Shown here: piece by piece, positions 10,368-23,814 of the stretch | Layout: every line of letters begins with the position of its first letter | How positions within the stretch are numbered: the first letter of the stretch is position 1 | DNA from: Botryllus schlosseri | Lineage: Eukaryota | NCBI GenBank assembly: GCA_051294905.1 | Contig: CM119386.1 | Span: 7,750,001-7,814,000, forward strand | DNA: 64,000 nucleotides | Direction: 5' to 3' | The notes under the pieces: generated by a model | Told to the model about the DNA's origin: nothing | The model's database searches: none | Seen by the model: only the letters and a program-made list of their open reading frames with translations | Made by a program: the position numbers and the translations under genes

Positions 10368-13300
10368 CCTATATGGTTGGCCGTAGCTGAATCGAGCTTC
10401 CTATTTCATAGGCGCAGGTCCAGGTGGCTGTTTTGGAGAAGGTTACGTTATTTAACGCCGTGCGTTTTCGCTTTATGGTGGTTCCGCGTTATGGTGCAAA
10501 TAACGGTTCAATGACGATGCGTATATTAACAAATCCTCCAGCACACTGAAGGGAGGATACACACAAGTCTTGAGGCATGGTTGACTGCTATATTCTATCA
10601 TAGCATGCAATCCTTTCATTTCCCATCTGTTCAATAAATAATCAACTTTCGACAGTTCTGTGCGTTATTTTATATTTACGAATTAGGCACGTAGACAATG
10701 GACGAGTTATTGACAATGTATTGGCCATTTGCTAGAAACTGGCCTGTTATGCAGAGCTATCCGGGGCACAACTGGAAGTAAGGGGTTTGGTGCATGAAAA
10801 CACCATGGAGACCAAAGTAGAAACCCGGTTAAAATGAAAGATCTCCGAAAGATCCCTTCCATATCCAGCAAATGGGTTCGGTGTCACTGACAGTTCTAGG
10901 CAGTTCGTCATCAGATCTTGAAATAATGTCCATCGTTCCATATGGTCCACGGCGTTGTGGTTGGTCAATATGGCACATCTGCACCTGGAAAATAAGAATA
11001 TGCGGCAGCATTTGTACTCGTATAATTTATATCCTTTGTCTTTATTATTTCCACTGCCCCTCGATTCACTGGCAATCCTGTCTACGCCAGCAAAACTGAA
11101 CGTGGGTAAACCCGTCAACAACTCAGAATATACTAGTTCCATACTCTCGGTTCGATTACTGACTAAAATGTTCCTGCCATTTGTGACATTGGAGATAAAC
11201 ATTGGCATCAGTGCATTTTGGCAAAATACAGTTTAACGCATAAGGATTCACAAACAACTAATGAAGAAATAGGGGCCTGATTTCGCTAGCAATGATATGA
11301 AATCAGTCATATGAGGTGTAGCAATAACTAAGAACTCATACGCTCGCAGTAAAGCGTCGCCAGAAGGGGAAAATAATGAGATTTCCTCTGCTGATAATGC
11401 TAGCCTTATGGAGGCGAAATCACTACGGCCAACCGTCCAAAAGGGGCGCTAAAGCGGTGAGAATCGTCTATTCGGCAGTCCAATCAAAGTGATGACCTGT
11501 TTTAGTCGTTACGTAGGCCTACTGTTGTCCAATGCGCCGCGTAGTGATCTGGTGAGTGCGCGCAGACTCGTGAAAAATTAGAGGGAACATTGCTGAGCAG
11601 TCCAATTGGTACACTAGTGTGACGCGGTTGAGAACCGCTGATGTAGAAGTATATGCACAGAAACAAGCATGAATAGAAGTATTCCCACGTATATTGTCGT
11701 TTGATCCACTGTATCGGGGGTCTATAACTGTATTCAATTGATCAATCATTGTACTTCGTAATTCTGTTGTTTGCGAGTACAGGTGTTGCTAGATAGAGCC
11801 TCGTGATCTGATCTAATAAAGCATACTACTATACATTTACATGTTCTTGATAAAAAGGCATTCAAATGAAAAACAAGAATGTGGATATAGAGGTGCTATT
11901 TTATAATGATTTGACTGGTCCAGCCCCAATGCGACCAAAAAGGTTTGAATCCAGCCCACGACCGAAATTGAGTTTGACACCCCTGCTGTAGAGTGTGCAA
12001 AGTTCAGCTATAATTTGGGCATTAGGCATATCAATTTACAACGTATGATTTAGGCTTAGATTTAATCTTCCTCTGAGTTTTGTCATCTGCTTCTTGGGGT
12101 TGGAAGTGGAATTTTACAGTTCCCCACGATAATAATGAATATGTTATTATAGTGATTAGCCGTCTGTGGTAATGTTGAGAGTCTGGGGTGGAAATTTCTG
12201 GCTTGTACTCTTAACACCATGGAGATTGAAATTAGTGGACCACGACTTCTTTTCTCTTTTGTTTTGATGCTAGAAGTGACTGTGAGTGATCTACGAGCGA
12301 GCTACGACAATTCGGTATCTAGCTAGAGTACGTGGGAGGCATGGGTTTTCACGCGGCTTGTCTGCACACTGTTGCAATTGTCATTTCAACGTAGTTTTCG
12401 ATAATTCTACAGTACGATGTAATCATTTTTTGTCAATCAAGTCGATATTGCTTCGCACAAGGTTTCTTTCTTTATGTATCGTAATTCTAGATTTGGATAT
12501 TCATTGCATGGGGTTGTATCACTAGTGCAGTATGACGCACACGTCCCCTGCAACGTCTTGTTCTGTATGTTTCTTTATAGAACTTTCAGCTACCACTATA
12601 CGCACAGCGGTACAGTCATACAATTGGGCAAGTTATCAAAATTTGATTCATCCTGTTCGTCACTCAGTGATGTGATGTCACATCGGATTCACTAATGTTT
12701 ACATTGTGGATAATATTTTCCTAATTGTACTGTGTGGTAACATTAACTAACGTAGGTTTCGCTTTGTTGCTTGATCAGATGGTGTTGCAGTGATCCGCAA
12801 GCTGTGAATCTTGATATCAACCAGTGAGGCATGTGATTTTTCAAGTGTAGGAACTTGGTATCAACCAAGTTAGGATGGCCAGTGGTGGAGTGTGGTGTCT
12901 ATGTTTTGTGTTGTTGAGTTACAGATGGCGACGGCTGCAAAGGCTCGTTATTAGATTGATTTTCAACGTCATCATAACATGGTTATGTATGATGGAGATG
13001 GAAACTACTGCTTTATAATGAATATTCACTTGAAGTCTATATACCCTTGAACCAGGCATCTTGAACAGAACACCAATAGCCTGCTAAAAATTGAATGCAG
13101 TGGTGGACAGGTTGCCTAGAGCCTAGCCTACTGACTTGAACAATAAAGTGAAACCCAATTTAGGTACAATACATTTCTCCAGCTTGGTAAGCAATTGCAC
13201 ATGGCTCACTCACTAGCAATTACAAGGCTTTGAGTGGAAATATTTCTATGTCGACCATGAAAACAGAGGTGTGTGCAAATTATTGGATATTGTTTGTGTT

Positions 13301-13442
13301 CATTTTGCTTGATGCTGATTCCGAACCTAAACTATGAAAATTTGAATAACGTTGGAATGTTTCGGTCTACACATATTGGTCTGGTTGCCAGACGCTCTTA
13401 TCAACTCTCTATTCAATGTGACTGAACACTGAACTTTGTCAG

Positions 13443-15260
13443 ATGAAAATGGTTACTGATTTGGTTTCTCCTGAGCTGAGTATGGTAAGCATATAAAATA
13501 CATTAACATTGTCGTGGAGTTGTGAAGTACATCCATAAGCCTAAATTTGGATGTTCAGCGCGTGAGTTCACGTTTTCCTGTATGAGAGATTTCATGTGGG
13601 CAAAACCAGATATCTTGAAATTATGCAAATCAAATATTTCGAATGTTGAGTGGACGAGTTTGCATTTACCTATGGGGATCTGAGAGATTTTACCTGGGCA
13701 GAACCAGATGCAACGTAAATGCAAATATCAACAACAGTTTCATACACATTATGACATGCAAAAATGGTAAGGAGTGTGTCAGTTTTTTGGGCTACTGCTG
13801 AAAGTATGGCATGGCACATTGACACATTCCACCATGTCTTTACTCTAGACATTTGAAACCTGTTTCGTTTTTCCAGGTTTTCCTCTCTAACATATGAAGT
13901 ATATGCAAACACAGCAGATCCATCTAATAGTAGTACGACCAAGACAGGATGTATCGCTTCTAATGTATAGGGCTGGGCACAATGATTCGCGTACTCGAAT
14001 CTGAATAGAGTATTGATTTTAATGATTCGAATCGAGTAGTAAAAGGCGATTTTTTTTAGTACTCAAATTATACGTGTCTTGTGACTTAAAGTTAATTTAT
14101 CAACGGGAATTATAGCTTCGATACTAGTTTTTACTGTTGAAGCCTGAACCTTGATAGCATACGAAACATATAGTTCAAAGCTACGAAGGTTAGTGGACGA
14201 AGCACATTTCATAAGTCATGATTATCCCACAACAGTGTCACCAAGTGGAATGAAATCGGTATGGTCGAAAAATACCAAAGTATCATTTATGAGATGGAAA
14301 ACAGACATTATATTCTTTGTGGTGGCATAAACGGTACATATTTGAACTTTGACGTATTACATTATGTTATCACATCATAATGATTGATCCTCGATTACTC
14401 GACTAGAAGCATATTACGTGATGCAGAATCGAATCACTCAGGTACTCGATTTTGCCCAGCCCTACTGATGTGTCAAGTTGTATTTTCATCGAATAATGAA
14501 ACCTCAAAATGCCACAATGACCGTCTGACTTCAAGATATATTTCACATGCAAGTAGAAAACATTACATTTCATTGTAGGGTTTGTTGAACAAGTTGAATT
14601 TTTTAGGAGTATTTATGACAAAGTTCAGACAGTTAGTTGTTGGTATCCATTGTGGTGTGGAAGATCACCTGTTAACAGTTGTTCAAAGGAAAGCACCCCA
14701 GCACATTCGTGGAACTGTATGTTTTGGTGTCTGCCAGTATTTCCAAATGAATGACTTCTGTATGATGGATGGTTGTAATTCAACTTCAGAAATTACGCGT
14801 CCATGTAACATAGATGCTTTCTAGATTTCTTGGGTCACTTCACCCGACTTGGTTTGTAGGACTTGCGTGCTGCATTGTGAATTAATATAGTCCATTCGAT
14901 TCTTAACTGCTGGTGTTCGTAGCCTGTTAATAAGGCTTCCTTGTGTATCTATATGGTTCAATAGTACAACTGTAACATGGTTTATATTTACCAGCTATAT
15001 CGTGTTTTAACTGTGTTACCTACATTATACATATTTTATCACACTGCCGCCACCTGCAGATATCGACTGAGCTGTCATCCAAAGCCGCGTGATTTCAGAT
15101 CTATATATTTCAAAGGAAATGATCAAAAAACATTGGCTGCCACGTAATATTAATGTGGGTTAGTCACCTATTAATGAAATATACGAGACTGTGAAGAATC
15201 AGACGTAGCTGTGAAGCGTTTACGTGAAATGGATATTCATGGATTGCTTCAAGTATGCGG
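13443..15260 (+). other. Exon-like segments of a possible unidentified + strand gene (13443-13484, 14580-14716, about 15098-15158, about 15197-15260)
   Basis: AG/GT-bounded open segments, e.g. tttgtcAG|MKMVTDLVSPELSM|gtaagc and tttcattgtAG|...GGAACT|gtatgt, inside a CpG-poor block. I could not build a unique spliced frame or recognise a family. Confidence 0.25.
13968..14464. mobile_element. hAT-type MITE (family TAGGGCTGGGC), copy 2
   Basis: TIR TAGGGCTGGGCA / TGCCCAGCCCTA; TSD CTAATGTA/CTGATGTG (6/8). Confidence 0.9.
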
Positions 15261-15449
15261 TAAGTTGAACCAATTATTTCAGGATACTGCTAGTGCTATC
15301 TTATTCTTGATGTAATGTGAGCCTTGTTATGGATAATGTGCAATCAATAGGCTAGCATAGGATATGCCCATTGATCGCTAGGTGATTATATTTATCATAC
15401 TGGTTACTTAGTTCCAATAATTTCAATTGATTATGCAGAGTTTTTTGAG

Positions 15450-15640
15450 TGACGAAATCGTGTAATGGTAGAGGCCATAGAGCATCATCTTCCCGAATGG
15501 TAGGTTTGAACCCCAATCGGGTCGGACCAAAGACTTAGTTGTAAAACTGGTATCTTCGGCTTCCCTGCTAGTCGCTTGGTTCTGTGGGATAACGTAGAGG
15601 GGAAAATCGTGGCAGTGCTGACTTAATCACCTTGGCTCCT
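15450..15640 (+). mobile_element. tRNA-derived SINE with MetaSINE-like central domain
   Basis: Degenerate A box (GTAATGGTAGA) and B box (GGTTTGAACCCC) followed by GGGTCGGACCAAAGAC...AAAACTGGTA...GCTTCCCTGCT, which resembles the Meta domain as I remember it. Confidence 0.5.
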
Positions 15641-18600
15641 TCATGTCTCCAGTTGTCAAAGCACCACGTTGGTGTTGATGGAAACAAACTGCATGCCTTT
15701 TTTCTTTCCTCCTGTGCAATTTTCTGAGGTACCAGCTACGTCTGACGAATCCTTGCTTCACCGGCATTTCCATATACTGGTTATTGAAAGATGCAAGTTG
15801 TTATGATTGTTGCTAGTATTGTAGTATGTGATACATTCCTCATCAATGATGCGTTCATTCATACGAAGATTTCTGCATTTAGTCATGCACTGTATGAAGC
15901 AGCCTATATTCAGACAGGATATGCCATGAATTATTCATGGGCATGAGTCTGACTTTGCTGTGCGATATCTTTGTCACTTAAAAGAATTTTCTTCCAACTA
16001 ACATAATTTGTCAGCATATAAGAAAAAGCGTTGTCTTTTCCAGACTTGAAGTATTTGAATTCTTGAAGTTACTGTATTGCCATCCTTAGTCGAACATGAT
16101 TACTTTTGACGCAGCAATAAAATATGTATCTGTCTGTCCGTCTCTCATTTTGACTTAATTATGGTTTTACAGAAATAGCCTACTTTTTTTTTTCAATTCA
16201 CAAGTTCACCCTACCATAACCTAATAACCTATACCGCAATCACATGAGAATGTGTCGTCGTAGATATTTATATGGATTTATAAACTCCATGGACATTGTT
16301 ATCATGCAGACAATCTTAAATTTTCCTGTAGCGAATGTTATTTGGATATAAACTTCCATTTGGCACTTGGTGAAGTGGTTATATCATGCATATGATACTA
16401 ATTCAGTATCTGAAATGCTGGAATTATTTTATAGAATACCAGAGCTGTTGACTGTCACAGCATAGTAGGTATATATAAGTACTTTCTAACATACTTCGTT
16501 AGCTTCCTAAAATAAATGTTGATCGTTTTGTTGAAATTTGTTTCAAATTCAGCATGAGCCATCAAATTAGATAAATGCATATTTTTAGTGCAATAAATAC
16601 GCTTGCTGATTCTTTTCTACTTGAAGATTGTTTAAGATGACGAATCAGCTGTTGCCAAAATTTGTTATCATAGATCCGATTTTTACACTCGGAAAACTTA
16701 AATATCTAATTCATAATTACTATGTTGAGAAATGAAAAAAGCCTTCCAGGATAAAACTATCAACTACAAACAAAAATGCTCTCACATTTTAGTGTGGATT
16801 GAAAATATTTAATACAGGCCTACCTCCAATAGGAAATTAACATGTCAAATAACAGGGCTCTCGGATAACCGGTGCTCTTGTAATACAGGATACCATATGG
16901 ATTTCAATTGATCTAAACTTCACTCCATGAAACGTCAGTTAGCGTTTCATCTGCCAAAACCTCATATCACCTACTGAACAGTACCACTGTCTTTGTACAA
17001 TGTGCAGTTAAATGGTTGTGATTGTCAGGTGTCGGTGTTTTATCACTGTTATATTGACTGCTATTAAGATTTAATGCTAATTTAACGCTATGTAAAACAG
17101 TGATTATGAAGAGTGATGTCAATTTGTTTGTTTATATCGAACATGCATCGAAGATCTTTTCAAATGATACCTGAAAAAATGAATGTTTATCATTTTAGCA
17201 ACGGACACTGAGGAATATGTTACATTAAGAGCATAAAATAGTTGATGCACCGCTCCATACATGTTTCCATCAAGGCTTGACGAATCAAATCCGATTCTGC
17301 AGATTATTATGAATGATCAGTTTTGAGTATTGTTGAAAGTAGTTCATTTCCATAGGGGCATGATAATACATAAGATTATTACAGTAACCTTCACTCAATT
17401 GAGTCACAGCACGAGCTCAGCTTTATCTCAAAACTCTCTGCAAGCCTGCTGATTAAGGTTGTGACTCTTGGATAGAAAATGTCACATTGATAATTGCAGT
17501 TAATGATATTCTACTGTATTTTTGTTGCTGTGGTGGACTGCACTTGAATTCATCATGAATCATACATGGATTAGCAGTCAAGGAATTCATAATGAAGTGA
17601 GGAATGTTATTGACTCCAATCAATCAGAGTGCTGCTTTCGCCGAGGTCCATGTTGTAAATTCTGTTGATCCAAGCTTTAGGAAATGTTATGGAATATTGA
17701 TATCACTGGATGGGTAACACCAGCCTTACAGTAACTGCTGATTTAGCAATTGTCAAGTGTAGAAAGTACAGATCAGAATCTCAATGATTGGTTTAAAAAA
17801 ATATGGTTGAATGCATCAGACAAAACAATATATGCTAACATCTGGTGAATCTGGTGATCCTAAAGAGTAGAGAATTAATTATTTGATACAGGCATCAAAT
17901 AAGCTCTTTCTCCCTCATTGAGATCTGTGGTCCTAGTCCCAGAAGTAACTTTTCTATCAGTCCTTGCTGTCAGTAATGTATTTTGTAATGTATTTTGTTA
18001 ATGTCGAATATATTGTTTGGATTGCACCTAATAAACCATTTTACCACTCGCCAAATTTGAAGTACCAGTAGCCTATGTTAAGGTGGTTAATAATATAATC
18101 TTGAAAAAGATTTGATTCCACTATCAGACATTAGGCTAATCCGTTGTAATTTGGTAGATTTTTCTGCAGTAGCCTTCTGTACTGCAACAGTGATGATTTT
18201 CAACTTGTATCTTCTGTTTTGAAACCGGCTATCATTCTTAGGATATGTGTATACTTTCAGATATCCGTGGAGTCCCAGCACATCAATTATCTTGTGGACA
18301 AGCAGCACCCACTCAATGGTTCTCCAGATATTGCTATTTGTCAGAGGGGAAGATATGGATGCTCGATCCAGATCAGGTGAATTGGCTGATCTGTACTGCT
18401 ATCTAGCTGCTGTCGGATACTATACCAAAGCTCCGATCATGATCTGTCTGAAATTTTGCAATAATCAATGTCATGATCTTGCTAAAAACCTCCCAATCCA
18501 TGTATCAGCACAACACAAGATCTGCACTTGACGACCTTTTGTCTCTGTTGTTGCATTTTAAATTATTTGGGATGATTTGGTATCGCTCTCAGCTAAGGAA

Positions 18601-20024
18601 ATGGACAGTTGGCGCTGTACTAGAGTGGCCACCAATTGTGAAACTTGTTAGCTCCATGAAAAAGAGAGAGATAGTTTATTTCAGAATCACATAAATATAA
18701 TGAATAAAAGGAAATACATAGTACAGTACAGGACATCAGGACAACTGGTTACTGAGGAAATGAGGCATGATGTCCATGATTTGAGTGCTAGCCTAAAGAG
18801 CACGTATTTGAAGAGGATAAGGGATTAAGTTAAAACCGTTGGATTATCAAAATTATTTATTACACTTGACTGACTCAGGATGTTACACCATTACTGCTTG
18901 AGTGGAATTGTTCAATCGATACACAAATCTTTAGGTTAAATCCAAGCAATAAGGCTCTCATCAACCCTGTTTTTTGCTCATTGCTACAATAACCATGCTA
19001 TTAATGCTGTATAGTACATATCGGAGCGATAAATAATTCTTACGTTTCGAACAAGTGCATTAAATAACACGGGTTTATTTTGTAAACGGCCCAGTGCCTT
19101 GATAATGATGTCGGTAATCTTAGAACCGTCAACAAAAATGAACACATCACACGATTTGGTATCTTTCGTACACAAGATTTTATTTCTTGAACATGATTTT
19201 GCCGCGTAACAGATTGAATCCGATTATTGATGCCTTTCTTGTAGATTCAGTCGTGATGTTAATCATGTTGAAAACATTGTAGTGGTACCATCATACCATC
19301 GTAGGAGTGTGGAGTCGTTATTATAATTTTCTTATGAAAACTTTTAAATGGTACAATGAGCAGTGTAGCTAATGTGTATATGACAGTGTTGAGTTGTTAG
19401 TGTTTTTTGTGGGTATTAGCTTGCTTAGATAGCTAGGTGTGAGTGTGATTGACAGAGGCCTTTCCCCAGGCAGATGTTTTCCTGGAATTGGTGCATTCCA
19501 GAAACAGCTTACTTCCAACCATGCTATTTCTAGTGGCTGGCAGATTTTGAGATAATAATATTCCATGTTTTCTTAGTTATACTGTTGCTGCCTTATGCAA
19601 TGTCACCTGTGACCCAATTTAGCTCTAAATGTTGTGGTTGTGAGCATTAAAATGTTTTGTTGGTCTTTTGACCACTTGAGAACTGTAATGCATTGGGCAT
19701 TGCATAGGCTCCCTGTTCCGTGGCGGAATTCGTACTCTCAAGTCTCAACCAATGTATTTTTTACAGCTGTTGCAGAAGTTTATTTAAATAGGGGTAATTT
19801 CGACTTTGTGGTTACCAGTTACCGCTCTTACCAGTATTTGGCTGTATACACAATACCTGAGAATCTGAGATGGTTTGTGCATATTTCGTAGTAGGTCACG
19901 ATTTGAACTTATTCGATAATTACCTAATTGATGCACGAAATCACAATACAATCACTCAGTAGGCTACCAACTCTGCATTTATCGATGATGATCGCGTGTG
20001 GTAATATATTTGAATGAATTGAAC

Positions 20025-20286
20025 GGTTATCAGTGAAGTCGGCACTTGGTGCCCCTGACCCTAAATTAACCCTTGAACCGATTACACTATTATATACATG
20101 ACAAGTACCCAGTGCCGAATTTAATTGGTGCCGTATATTCTAGGTCATATTCATTGAGACATTATCTCCGAATTTATTGATACGATACGGATGCATCGCT
20201 TTCATAAAAATAATAATAGTTATTACATGTCTAGTGCCAAATTTACGAAGTGCCGAATTCACGATGTTCCGAATTCACTGGTAACC
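20025..20286. mobile_element. MULE-like MITE
   Basis: TIRs GGTTA(T/C)CAGTGAA(G/T)TCGG, internal GTGCCGAA repeats, 9-bp TSD GAATTGAAC/CAATTGAAC (8/9). Confidence 0.7.
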
Positions 20287-20485
20287 CAATTGAACGTGGA
20301 TTTGACATTTTCTAATCTAACATGCCTACGGCATACTGCACCAAATGCGATAGTTAATTCCTAATTGTTTCGATCGATGCGCATTGCACATAGTAATGTA
20401 ATTGTGAACATCAAAAACTTTGCAACCGCGCAGCAAACCTGTCGTTGTTGCCGATAGTTGCTAAATTCAATATCTTGTATCTTAG

Positions 20486-20576
20486 ATGGACATGAATGGC
20501 GATGGACCGGAAAGCGAGCATGTGAATGGTGACTATGCGGAAGGGGTTGCTGCTTCTGGGGAGATCAGCCCGAATG
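20486..20576 (+). CDS. Candidate alternative first coding exon (phase 1): MDMNGDGPESEHVNGDYAEGVAASGEISPN
   Basis: Acceptor tcttgtatcttAG| directly before ATG, only one open frame, donor G|gtatgt, phase compatible with 38242. Could instead belong to another gene. Confidence 0.5.
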
Positions 20577-21396
20577 GTATGTTAAATATATTCATCTTAC
20601 AACTGCTGCAATTCAAGTAGTGCCTTTCTGGGGTAAACTTGTGTGACGGTGACGTATTTTTGCTGTTACCGCCGCCATCGAAAATGTCGTTTCTGAAGCT
20701 TGGCGAGCATGCCCCAATGCATATGCAGATTTCGACTTTCATGGCGCCTTTGTCCTCTTGCTGTGTGCTGATTATTTGAGATTGATATCTTGCATATGTT
20801 CTAAATGTCCAACGTAATGTGCGATTACTTCCTATGTCTGAAGCAGTTCCAGCCTGCGTCGCGTTGTTGAGTTAGTCATGATTAATTCATTAATTACATG
20901 CCGAGTTAGTCGCGCGAATATGTGAGATGTTTATGAGTCAGAAGAAGGCCAACTGCCCAGTGGAAGGGTTTTGGCCTGAGTAACTAACAACAATCGCATT
21001 GCGCCGTCTAGCTTTCGCGTCTTGGCGAATTGCTTCTCTAGGTTTTGTCTATAAGGCCTCGGTTATATGTTGTTATCGGGCAGCGGTATCTCGAACCTGT
21101 GTCTAAAACAGACCACGATACGAGATTGATGTTATCCAGCGCTCGTCTATTGCAGGCAAATTGACAGTTTACTTCTGGTTTATCGAGAGCTTGAAGGGGT
21201 CGAGAATGTGTAAATGACCTCAATTGCCAGAATACACACGGCCAGAGTCGGGCTACAGTTTTTATTATCATGACGCCACTTGATTTGTTGCAGCGATTGC
21301 AATTACCCGCACTAGAATAGCTTGGGCTGTCGGCGATGTGTACTTTCGGACTTATGATTATTTTACGAGCGTGCCCGTTGTGGATTCTGGTACAGT

Positions 21397-21530
21397 GTCA
21401 ATTCCGACCAGTAGAAGCGGAGTTATGTAAGTTTTTCGTTGATAAATCGCGGATTATCACCGATCAAGGATAATCCGAGGATTATCATCGAAAAACTCAC
21501 ATAACTCCGCTTCTGCTGGTCGGAATTGAC
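21397..21530. repeat. 134-bp foldback inverted repeat (probable MITE)
   Basis: Arms of about 62 bp, GTCAATTCCGACCAG(T/C)AGAAGCGGAGTTATGT(A/G)AGTTTTTCG..., with few mismatches and a loop of about 10 nt. Confidence 0.9.
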
Positions 21531-22755
21531 TCAAATTTGTTTTGCAACGTCTTTGAAGACAGCTCAACAATTTCATGGGGTTGGCAGAAAAATTTGGAAA
21601 TTTTTTTTTTTTAATTTTCCATAATAAATTAAAAAATTTAATTGGGTCTGCGGAGGCCGTTACTGGTTGGAATCGAGTGAGATTTGGTGAGCAAGGTTTT
21701 CTACTGCAACCTGACGATTTAAGAGGTGACCGGCTTGAATCGAAAAAAAAAAGTTATTTTTGAACAGCCCTATGGTACACCTACCCGTTGCGTCGATGGC
21801 GTGCTTCACGCAATGAGCAAGCCTTTTCAGATAGGCACTCTGAGCCTATGATCCATTCATTCGTGGTTGTAACTGTGTTTATATGTGGGTGTCTCTTGTC
21901 TGCCGCTCGTTTCGATGGCACTTACGATCGCTTCGAACACTTTACTTGACCTCTCTTCGGTTTTCATCTCCAAATAAAAGTGAGTTTGGCTATTTCGTGA
22001 CCCCGCCACGGTGCGTATGTTTGGTGTTTTGACTCTCGGTTACGTTGGTGTAATTATCGGGAGTATCGTTGTGTTTTGTCATAACATGACCTGTACTGTA
22101 CTGCAGTTCAAGTGTAATTCCGTCTCGCTTTTAAGGCTGCATTGTATCTCCCGCTGATTATGTCGATAGGATATAATTGAATTGGAGGCAGTGCCGTTTT
22201 TTCAACGCTGATCTACCTGTATATGACCTTGCCGGTATTGTGTGTTTTACACGTCGTACGCCGTTTTATTCACTGGGTGTATTGTGTCAAGAGAAGGACA
22301 TTGGATTAACTTGGCACTCCTGCTTGACCCGGCCGCTATCATTACATTCCTAGGTGAACACTGAACGGAGGGAACGCTTAAGGTCGTAAATCATTCCTAG
22401 GCGTGCGCAATGTACGGGTGTAAATCGGCTGCCGTGGGCAAATACGACGGTCGGTTTGGGAAGCGATTTGCAAGTCGTTATGAATTTCCGAGAACGCTTG
22501 CAAATAGATTTTCAATGTGTACTGAGCTACTGACTGACGGTATTCTCAGAAATCCCGCTGGCACCGGCAGTCTGCGTGATTGATGTATTGAGATTTGGCG
22601 TCTGCGTTCAGATATATATGAGTGCGCCTTGTCTGTGTCGGTAATGGCAATGTACGGAAACGCGTACCGGAACCCAGCCTCGAATCCATTATAGTTTACA
22701 ATGAAACCTGATTATAGTAGTGTGGCATATCCGTCTTTATTGGCAAGGTCTATAG

Positions 22756-23814
22756 CAGGGGTCACCAACCTTTTTGCAACCGAGGGCTACTTTTGCGTAA
22801 TGATTGGGGCGGCGGGCTACTATTAACTCCCGCCGTTTACCCGTACCACACTGAATTTCCGCTTTGATATTTATAGCACTGGGCAGGACTGGACATCATG
22901 TTATCTGTTTCTATAGCAGTCAGTGGGAAGCCTGGTATTGTATGATATCAACTAGTGCGCTGTACTCTGGTATTTAACTTGACACTGTAATTCTGAGTGA
23001 GTGTTCCAGATGTGCAATAATTAAGCGTATTTTGTGTTTGTTATTTATGAAGTTCATGTCCGAAAAGGCTGATTCACAACGATAAGTTGAACCATAGACG
23101 CTTGCAACCTTCATAGTTGCTGCGCATACACCACTGTACCTCTCCGTATCAACAATAATGCACCAAACGTTTGCTGCACAGTGAGGTGGGGGTCATTTTG
23201 CAGTGTTACAATTTCATTCTCCTACTGTTCAGCATCCAGAAATGACAAGATTTCATTATACCGGACAGCAGCAACGATTACAGAAAGTTAGAAACATGGT
23301 ATATTAAACTGTGTTGAGTGTAACAGACACAAGCTGTGCCAAAAGATGCAATACGTAATGGGTATACAGATACTGAAAATCTGCTAGTACTTCACGGCTA
23401 TCTGAGTCCGAATAGTAAATATTGTTTACTACTTTGGCGTTGTCCTGGTCGTCGAGCTATCGTAACGGAACCCCCCACCATTTCAAGAAGACTGTGGACG
23501 GCATTCCGTCATGTCACCTGTATAGGCAATGCGCCGTATTTTGAGTTTCTGGTGATTCTATCACATACATCTATATATTACTATTTGTAATTGAAGATAT
23601 TTTTAAGTGTTTATATATGTAAGTTACATGCTAGTGTGTTTTAAACAAGAATAGCTGAATCAATCAATCTATATTTTTAAAAGCTCAATGGTAATAATCT
23701 GACGAATATTGGTAAATGCTGCTATTCCACCTATTTTTAGAATGGGCTCGCGGGCTACTCATCTAGTCCTCGCGGGCTACCTGGTGCCCGCGGGCACCGG
23801 GTTGGTGACCCCTG
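22756..23814 (-). mobile_element. Internally deleted Charlie/Buster-group hAT element
   Basis: Perfect 15-bp TIR CAGGGGTCACCAACC, perfect 8-bp TSD GTCTATAG. Minus strand 22920-23300 encodes a decayed dimerisation domain ...GSTYRCESAFSDMNFINNKHKIRL..AHLEHSLRITVSS*IPEYSALVD..QYQASH*. Confidence 0.92.
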
